The notes under the pieces were generated by a model, which had not been told where the DNA came from, did not search any database, and worked only from the letters and a program-made list of their open reading frames with translations. A program made the translations under genes and the position numbers. 64,000 nucleotides of DNA from a bacterium (GTDB taxonomy: Bacteria; Desulfobacterota; DSWW01), in assembly GCA_040756235.1 (NCBI GenBank), contig JBFLZG010000033.1:9864-73863 (forward strand). The letters run 5' to 3'. This document shows, one piece after another, positions 57,652-64,000 of the stretch. Each line of letters opens with the position of its first letter. Position 1 is the first letter of the stretch.

Positions 57652-59756
57652 TCGCCCTGGCGGCGATCGCTTCCCTCGCCTTGCCGTGTCCCTGCACCAG
57701 CCGGGCCGAAGCGCAGCAGCTTTCGAGCGAGACGCAGAGAGCGGCGGCAGCCGATCTGCCGTCAAACCCCGTCAGCCTGGAGCCGATCGAGGTCCAGGCC
57801 CGCCCCACCTGGGACGAGCCCTCCCATCCCACCCTCTCGACGAGCGTCCTGACGCAGGAGGACCTGAAGACCCTGACGGCTCGCAACGTGGGCGAGGCCC
57901 TGCGCTTCCTTCCCGGCGTGACGGTGACGCGCGGGACCCGCAGGAACCGGATCCGGGTGAGCATCCGAGGCTTCAATCCACGTTACGTCCGGGTTTACGT
58001 GGACGGGGTCCCGCTCAACCCGGCCACGGACGAGGAGGTGGATCTGTCGACGTTCGCGATCGAGAACATCGAGAAGATCGAAGTCATCAAGGGGCCCGCC
58101 CCTGTGAAGTACGGCGCGAACGCCATGGCCGGCGTGATCCTCATCACCACCAAGAGCGGAGACCAGAACCCGGGCGTCGAGGCCTCCTATGCCCACTCCT
58201 TTTATCCTCCCCGAACCCACTTCACGGAGGTGGACAGGGGAACGCTCGTAACGGGCGAAGACGATCACGGCCTGTACAACGGCGACCGCTACGGGATCAC
58301 CGCCGGGGGCGGAAGCCCGACACTGAACGCCTTCGCCATGGCGGCACGGGAGACGTCGGAGGGCTTCCGGCCCCACAGCGGGTACGAGAACAACAACTTC
58401 GGCGGCAAGCTCGGCTGGAGGCCCTACCCCGGCCTGGGCGTCGGGCTGACCGGCGGTTACTTCTTCGGCGAGCGTGACCTGCTCAATCCCACCGTGCTCC
58501 TGGAGCGCAGGGGCCAGTACACCGGCGGAGGCGGTCAAGGCACCGGCCCGATGTACAACAGCTCGGGCTGGGAGCTGGACGACTGGAAAAAGGGGAACGC
58601 CGCCCTGGTCTGCGATCTTGCGGCCGCCGACTGGGCGGCAACGCGGGCCATGGCCTACCACTTCCAGGAAAGCTACCGGCTGTACGTTCAGAAGCCGATC
58701 GACCCGGAAACCGTGAAGTCGCAGAGCCCTCGCGAGAGCCAGGTCTCCGGAGGCGACGTCCAGCAGGATTTCCATTTCATTCACGGCTGGCCCCTGCGGC
58801 TCGAGCACGTGCTCACGCTGGGGTTCTCCGGCCGGTACGAATCCTTCGACTGGGGCAACAGCGTGAACGCGGCGCGCGATCAGGCGGCCGACGATCAGGA
58901 AGCGAGCGTCGTGACCGTGGGCGTCTACCTGCAGGATTCCGCGAAACTGCTCGAGGGGCTGAGCGTGGTTGCGGGAGTGCGTTACGACGTGCAGACCGCG
59001 GCGACCGTCTCCCTGCCGGAGATCGAAGACGACCGCGGCGGGGACCGGGAGCAGACCTCCCCGCACCTGAGCTTCCTTTATGAGCTCTCGGAACGGGTCT
59101 CTTTTCACGGCGCGGCGGGCCGCACCTACCGGTTCCCCAGGCTCCGGGACCTGTACGACTACGTGGGGGGGAATCCGGATCTGAAGCCCGAGACCGCGTG
59201 GGACTTCGAGGCGGGTGCCGACGCCCGGATTCTTCCTTTTCTCATCGCGAAAGTCTCGGGCTTCTACAACGAGGTCGAGGACCTGATCTACTCGCCCGGC
59301 AAGTTCATCCAGTTCCAGAACATCGGCGAGGCCCGCTTCCGCGGAATCGAGACGGAGATCAGCTTCGAGCCGGGCCCGGCCTTCGGGGCTTTCCTGAATT
59401 ACACTTACATGGATGCGAAGGACCTCGAGACCGGCTCCTGGGCGCCCTACGCGCCCAGGCACAAGCTCTCCTATGGCTGGACCGCTTCCCGTTGGGACTT
59501 CCGGCTGAGCTACCAGGGGGCGTACGTGAGCGAGAGAGCCACCGGCGACGCGCTCACTCCGAGGCTGCCCGGCTACCACGTGGCGGACGTGAAGCTGGCC
59601 AGAACGTTCCGGCTCCCGGCCCTTTCCGCAGGGAGCGAAATCGAGGTCTTCACGGCCGTCCAGAACGTCTTCGACGAGCAGTACCAGGAGATTCTCGGGT
59701 TCCCGCTGCCGGGCCGCACGTTCTTCCTGGGGGGCTCGTGCCGCTGGCAGCCTTGA
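57618..59756 (+). CDS. TonB-dependent outer membrane receptor
   Basis: Signal peptide; EPIEVQA TonB-box-like; EALRFLPGV, SIRGF, VYVDGVP, IEKIEVIKGP..YGANAMAGVI, GNPDLKPE, NVFDEQY and PGRTFFLG. Confidence 0.93.
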   Translation: MDMLRQEAALLIALAAIASLALPCPCTSRAEAQQLSSETQRAAAADLPSNPVSLEPIEVQARPTWDEPSHPTLSTSVLTQEDLKTLTARNVGEALRFLPGVTVTRGTRRNRIRVSIRGFNPRYVRVYVDGVPLNPATDEEVDLSTFAIENIEKIEVIKGPAPVKYGANAMAGVILITTKSGDQNPGVEASYAHSFYPPRTHFTEVDRGTLVTGEDDHGLYNGDRYGITAGGGSPTLNAFAMAARETSEGFRPHSGYENNNFGGKLGWRPYPGLGVGLTGGYFFGERDLLNPTVLLERRGQYTGGGGQGTGPMYNSSGWELDDWKKGNAALVCDLAAADWAATRAMAYHFQESYRLYVQKPIDPETVKSQSPRESQVSGGDVQQDFHFIHGWPLRLEHVLTLGFSGRYESFDWGNSVNAARDQAADDQEASVVTVGVYLQDSAKLLEGLSVVAGVRYDVQTAATVSLPEIEDDRGGDREQTSPHLSFLYELSERVSFHGAAGRTYRFPRLRDLYDYVGGNPDLKPETAWDFEAGADARILPFLIAKVSGFYNEVEDLIYSPGKFIQFQNIGEARFRGIETEISFEPGPAFGAFLNYTYMDAKDLETGSWAPYAPRHKLSYGWTASRWDFRLSYQGAYVSERATGDALTPRLPGYHVADVKLARTFRLPALSAGSEIEVFTAVQNVFDEQYQEILGFPLPGRTFFLGGSCRWQP

Positions 59757-59864
59757 GGAGCAGCGGAATCGAAGGGGGGTGATAGAGCGGCGACCGACTC
59801 ACCGCTTGCGACGAAGGCTCCGGACCGCAAGGCAGAAATCTCTGCAGTCAAGAGGAGGATGCAA

Positions 59865-60863
59865 ATGTTGTCGAGAAAGGTCCAGTGGACTCTCGTGTTC
59901 TGCGCCATGCTGGCTCTCGCGCCGCTCGCGGCCCGAGCGGACGTGCTCCCTGACTATCATCATATCTGCCTCGACATGGCCAACGGTGCGTTCTACGACG
60001 ACTCTGACATCGGGCCGCCCGATCGAGCGTGCCGGCCGATCGCTTACGAGCAGTACTACCACAAGTTCGACGGCGGCGGGCTCAACGAGGTGCACATCAC
60101 CACGGATCCGGCCGTTCCTCTGGGCGACGTCTATGTCTCGGACGCCCAGTCCGGGACCTTCTATGTCACGGATACCGGCGGCAAAGGGTACATGGACGAG
60201 GTGCTCCTGCTCGTCTCCGTCAATGCGGAGTCCCTGCCCCCGGACTTCAGCCTGCGGATCCAATCCAGCGGATACGTGATCACGACCAACTCCTCGCAGG
60301 TCGTGACGTCCGCCGAGTTCGATGCGAACGCACTCGACCAGACCTTCACGGCCGACGATTTTGCCGATTACGGGTACGGCCCTCAAAGCTGGAAGCCGGA
60401 GGGCAGCGCCGGCTATCCGCTCTGGTTCGGACAAAACGTAAGCGATCCTGCGACGAGCTCCCTCCTGCTTTTCATCGACCTGAACGTGGCGACTGTCAAG
60501 GAAGCGACCCTCCTCCCCCTCGACCCTGACCCGCAGAATAAGGGAGCGGCAAAGATCACCTACACTTTTGCCGGCCTGCCCGGTCTGGCTGCCTTCAACG
60601 TGTATGGATTTACGTTCTACTCCAACGCGGGGCAGGGAATCAGCTGGACCAACAAGACCGCCGACACCGGCTCGAGCGGGTTGACGGTCAACCCGCCGCC
60701 GCCCGATCCGGGCGGATGGGACGTGCCCGATGCCCAGGCTGCGACGGTCCCGGGGGCGGACGGCCAGGGCTCGCATGCGGCGAATGTCCTCTTCATGATC
60801 CTGGTCCCGGCCGGGCTCGTCACGATTTCCAAGGTCACGGTCCGGCTGTTTCGGAATCGATAG
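59865..60863 (+). CDS. Exported acidic beta-rich protein with Pro linker and C-terminal TM anchor / basic tail
   Basis: AGAGGAGG RBS; signal ..AARA-D; GGGLNEVHITTDP and SGTFYVTDTGGKG; NPPPPDP; ANVLFMILVPAGLV..RLFRNR. Confidence 0.8.
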   Translation: MLSRKVQWTLVFCAMLALAPLAARADVLPDYHHICLDMANGAFYDDSDIGPPDRACRPIAYEQYYHKFDGGGLNEVHITTDPAVPLGDVYVSDAQSGTFYVTDTGGKGYMDEVLLLVSVNAESLPPDFSLRIQSSGYVITTNSSQVVTSAEFDANALDQTFTADDFADYGYGPQSWKPEGSAGYPLWFGQNVSDPATSSLLLFIDLNVATVKEATLLPLDPDPQNKGAAKITYTFAGLPGLAAFNVYGFTFYSNAGQGISWTNKTADTGSSGLTVNPPPPDPGGWDVPDAQAATVPGADGQGSHAANVLFMILVPAGLVTISKVTVRLFRNR

Positions 60864-60916
60864 CAGGGCTGCGGCTTATGAGGATTTCATACTTGCCCCC
60901 GCTTTCGCGCAGCATG

Positions 60917-60944
60917 GTAGGGGCGACCGGCCGGTCGCCCCTAC
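60917..60944. repeat. Perfect 28-bp GTAG-type REP palindrome
   Basis: GTAGGGGCGACCGG-CCGGTCGCCCCTAC. Confidence 0.8.
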
Positions 60945-60986
60945 GAGCCGCGCCTGTCCGGAAGCACGGACCGGATTCCGGCCCCC

Positions 60987-61120
60987 GAGGCTGTGTCGTA
61001 TTCCGTCATCCCGGCCCATGTGCGGAGCGCATGTGAGCCGGGATCCAGAAGGTTGCATCAAGAACAGCGCGAGTACGGGGTCCCGGAACTGGAGTCCGGC
61101 CTGCGCCGCAATGACGGAAA
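60987..61120 (-). mobile_element. Partial inverted copy of the 26041-26250 MITE-like element
   Basis: Starts GAGGCTGTGTC and aligns with the reverse complement of about 26115-26250; second end absent. Confidence 0.65.
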
Positions 61121-61170
61121 GAGTCCCTTCCTATGCACCGAAAGTTCATGAGCGGGAGAGGGCCCGAGGG

Positions 61171-61785
61171 ATGAACGAAAACAAGCCGCTTTCTTACTTT
61201 CGAGGTTTCGACCTCCGGGAGGCACTCATCCTGGCCCTGCTCGGCGCTCTCATCGTAGCGGCCAAGATCGTGCTGCGCCTCCCGATCAAGCTGACCGCTC
61301 ACTCCACGCTCTTCTGGATGCTCTTTCTGGTCCTGGGAAAGGGAATGGTCCCGAGGTTCGGCTCAGGTATGATGATGGGCCTGTTGTCCGGTCTGCTCGC
61401 GGTGCTCATGGGCGTGGGGAAGCAAGGGGTCTTCGGCTTCTTCAAGTTTTTCGTGCCCGGCCTGGCCCTGGACCTTGTGGCGCCCTTGCTGTTCCTGCTC
61501 CTGGGAAAGAATGCGCTGGCCAGGCCGTGGGCAGGGGCCGTGCTCGGCATGCTCGTCAATCTTGCGAAGCTCGCAACCTCGATTGCTCTGGCCCGCCTGC
61601 TCGGTCTGCCCCTGGAGAGAATGGAGGCGCTGGTCGGCACGGTCGTTGTCGGACACGTGGTATTCGGCAGCCTGGGAGGGCTGCTGGCGGGTCTTGCGCT
61701 GCGCCGCCTCGGCCGCCTTCTGCCGAGTCGCCCGGCCGAGAACGGTCGGTTAGGGGGTGTCGAGAAACACACTCCGGACTCATGA
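61171..61785 (+). CDS. ECF transporter substrate-specific (S) component, substrate unknown
   Basis: About 200 aa, about 6 TM, AxxxA-like first helix; coupled to EcfA/T genes. Confidence 0.75.
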   Translation: MNENKPLSYFRGFDLREALILALLGALIVAAKIVLRLPIKLTAHSTLFWMLFLVLGKGMVPRFGSGMMMGLLSGLLAVLMGVGKQGVFGFFKFFVPGLALDLVAPLLFLLLGKNALARPWAGAVLGMLVNLAKLATSIALARLLGLPLERMEALVGTVVVGHVVFGSLGGLLAGLALRRLGRLLPSRPAENGRLGGVEKHTPDS

Positions 61786-63293
61786 GGGAGTGGGTTCCCC
61801 TGGAGGTGTGCAGCACATTGCCGCAATCGGACCGGCTGGTCGAGCTCGATCGCGTGAGCGCGTCTTATCTCCCGGGCGTGCAAGCGCTCGAGGACGTCAC
61901 CCTGACGATCCGGCCGGGCGAGTGCACCCTCGTGACCGGCCCCTCGGGCAGCGGCAAGACGACCCTGCTCGAGCTGCTGCGAGGGCTTCTGGGCAGGCAC
62001 ATTCCGGCGTCCGTCTCGGGAGCGGTCCGGAACCGGGCGTTGGAAGACGGCGACTCGGTCGGACTCGTTTTTCAGAACCCGGACACCCAGCTCTTTTTCC
62101 AGACGGTCGAGGAGGAGATTGCTTTCGGCGCGGAAAACCTCGGCCGGCCTCCGGCCTGGATTCGCCGGGAAATCGATGGAATCCTGGAGCGGCTCGGAAT
62201 CTCTCACCTCAGGCGAAGAAATCCGTCCTCCCTGTCCAGCGGCGAGAAACAGAAGGTGGCCCTGGGTTCCGTGCTGATCCTGCGCCCGTCCCTGCTGCTG
62301 CTCGACGAGCCGCTGCCTCTCCTGGACCGCCGGGGCCGTCAGGGTCTGGCGGAGGTCCTGGCTGCCCTCAAGGCCGAAGGACTCACTCTGGTCATCGCCG
62401 ATCAGAACCCGCACGGCCTCAGGTCTCTCGCCGATCGGCTCATCGTGCTGGAATCCGGACGCCTCCGGTGCGACCTCGCCCTTCACGGAAGAGATCCGGT
62501 GCCGCTTCTGGCCGGGATGGGCCTGGCGGCAGACGGGCCCGGAGAGCGGGAACAGCCGTGGTGCCCGGGCGGAGGCGAAAGCCCGCCAGGGCCGGTCGTC
62601 CTCATGAAGGACTTGACCTTCCGCTACCCCGGGGGCGGGGGCGTGGAGCGGATATCGCTGGCTCTCGAGCCGGGCGAGATCCTGGGAATCCAGGGCGCCA
62701 ACGGTTCGGGAAAGACCACGCTCCTCCGGGCTGCCGCCGGTCTCCTGAAGGCGCAGAGGGGCGAGTGTCTGCTGTTCGGCGCAGCGAAATGGAGAGCGGA
62801 GGGAATGCTCGGGAAGGTTGCGCTGGTCATGCAGAACCCGGAGCGCCAGCTGTTCGAGGAATCCGCACGGCATGAGGTCCTGTTCACCCTGGACCGGATC
62901 GGCCGCAAGAGGGCTCGCCAGGAGAAGGACGGGGGCGACCCGCACGCCCGCGTGGCGCAAGCGCTGGGGCGATTGCGGCTCGAACATGTTGCCGACCGAA
63001 ATCCGCTGACCCTGAGCCTGGGAGAGCAGCGCCGCCTGGTCTGTGCCTGCGCCATGGCCCCGGGTCCCGGGCTGCTCCTCCTGGACGAGCCGACGTCGGG
63101 ACTGGACTGGCCGAACCGCCGCCTGCTGATCGCCTGGATGCGGGAGCTCAGACGGACCTGCGGGACCGCTGTGATGGTGGCTTCTCACGATGAGGATTTG
63201 CTCGAGACCGTCAGTGACCGACATCTCAGGCTCCGGGACGGAAGGATCGTCGACGGTGGCGACAGGCAAGAGAATCCAACGAGCTGCGGCTGA
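61782..63293 (+). CDS. ECF transporter fused double ATPase (EcfA-EcfA')
   Basis: GPSGSGKTT/VFQNP/LSSGEKQ/LLDEP and GANGSGKTT/MQNP/LSLGEQR/LLDEPT; ATGA overlap. Confidence 0.9.
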   Translation: MREWVPLEVCSTLPQSDRLVELDRVSASYLPGVQALEDVTLTIRPGECTLVTGPSGSGKTTLLELLRGLLGRHIPASVSGAVRNRALEDGDSVGLVFQNPDTQLFFQTVEEEIAFGAENLGRPPAWIRREIDGILERLGISHLRRRNPSSLSSGEKQKVALGSVLILRPSLLLLDEPLPLLDRRGRQGLAEVLAALKAEGLTLVIADQNPHGLRSLADRLIVLESGRLRCDLALHGRDPVPLLAGMGLAADGPGEREQPWCPGGGESPPGPVVLMKDLTFRYPGGGGVERISLALEPGEILGIQGANGSGKTTLLRAAAGLLKAQRGECLLFGAAKWRAEGMLGKVALVMQNPERQLFEESARHEVLFTLDRIGRKRARQEKDGGDPHARVAQALGRLRLEHVADRNPLTLSLGEQRRLVCACAMAPGPGLLLLDEPTSGLDWPNRRLLIAWMRELRRTCGTAVMVASHDEDLLETVSDRHLRLRDGRIVDGGDRQENPTSCG

Positions 63294-63945
63294 CCCTGCC
63301 TGGCAGTACGTGCCCGGCCGATCGTTCGTGCACCGCGCGCCGCCCTTGCTCAAGGCAGGCGCCGCAAGCGCCGCTTTCCTCGTCTTCCTCCGGATGAGCC
63401 GGCCCGAGGTCCTGGCGGGCGCGCTCCTCTGTGTCGGCGCGGCTTATCTGGCCGCCGGCCTGGGGGTCTCCCGCCTCTGGCGCGACATGCGGTACGTTCT
63501 CCTGCAGGCGCTCATCGTGTCGGCGGTCATCGGGCTGGCGGTCAGGACCCAGGAGGGCGTCCGCCTAGGGGCCGTGGTGGGGCTGAAGCTCCTGGTGTTC
63601 ACTCTTCCGGCGGCCCTGTGGCTCCGGACCACGCTGGTCTCGGACCTTCTCTATGCGTCGAGACGCCTGGTTCCCTACCGCTACCTCTTTCTGGTCGGCG
63701 TCACGATCCGATTCGTCCCGTACCTGATCCAGGATTTCCGGGACATCGTCGAAGCCCAGAGGCTCAGGGGAGTCTCCCTCAGCTTGCGCTCCCTCGTCTC
63801 TCCGGCCGGTTGGCGCGACGTGGCCCATTGCCTGCTGGTCCCGATGATCGTGCGCGTGGTGAAGACGAGCGAGGAGATCCGCCTTTCGGCCGTTTCCAGA
63901 GGGCTGGAGTCCGCAGACACGCGCACGTATTTGAAGGACGCCTGA
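63256..63945 (+). CDS. ECF transporter transmembrane T component
   Basis: YVPGRSFVHR, IRFVP, EAQRLRG and AVSRG coupling motifs; start uncertain. Confidence 0.9.
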   Translation: MATGKRIQRAAADPAWQYVPGRSFVHRAPPLLKAGAASAAFLVFLRMSRPEVLAGALLCVGAAYLAAGLGVSRLWRDMRYVLLQALIVSAVIGLAVRTQEGVRLGAVVGLKLLVFTLPAALWLRTTLVSDLLYASRRLVPYRYLFLVGVTIRFVPYLIQDFRDIVEAQRLRGVSLSLRSLVSPAGWRDVAHCLLVPMIVRVVKTSEEIRLSAVSRGLESADTRTYLKDA

Positions 63946-63953
63946 GGAAGGGG

Positions 63954-63998
63954 AAGGGGTGTTGTCGGGGGGGGTGGGCCAAAGCCCCCCCCTCCCCG
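63954..63998 (+). terminator. Possible GC-rich terminator hairpin after ecfT (tail cut by the window edge)
   Basis: G-run / C-run inverted repeat around CAAA. Confidence 0.35.
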
Positions 63999-64000
63999 CC

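Overview
High-GC bacterial chromosomal window with about 48 CDS and no rRNA, tRNA, CRISPR array or transposase. Gene content (CooS CO dehydrogenase, TonB receptor, sigma54-type promoters, HflKC, RND pair) suggests an anaerobic diderm, probably Deltaproteobacteria-like; this is inference. Left to right: GDP-mannose genes (gmd, manC); a REC / 7TM-kinase / pseudokinase-REC-GGDEF signalling operon; two lipoproteins; hflKC; TetR plus M24 peptidase; asnS; a UDP-glucose dehydrogenase remnant; an adaptor plus two RND permeases; REP/MITE clusters; fur-cooS; ridA; a GT39-TPR glycosyltransferase next to two secreted proteins (one a giant Cys/Asp-repeat protein); an ABC/FtsX/acyl-reductase module; a GMC oxidoreductase remnant; glycerate kinase; a carboxyltransferase / enoyl-CoA hydratase / HMG-CoA-lyase cluster; PilZ; and an RsbU/RsbW pair. 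The best candidate for an undescribed system is 56.6-63.9 kb. There a Moco-family riboswitch lacking P3 (tungsten-cofactor type), with a visible terminator and anti-terminator, heads an operon encoding a TiaS-N-like enzyme, a TonB-dependent receptor, a C-terminally anchored exported protein and a complete ECF transporter. I read this as a putative Mo/W-cofactor (or metallophore) scavenging pathway. All calls come from motif recognition by eye; no searches were run.
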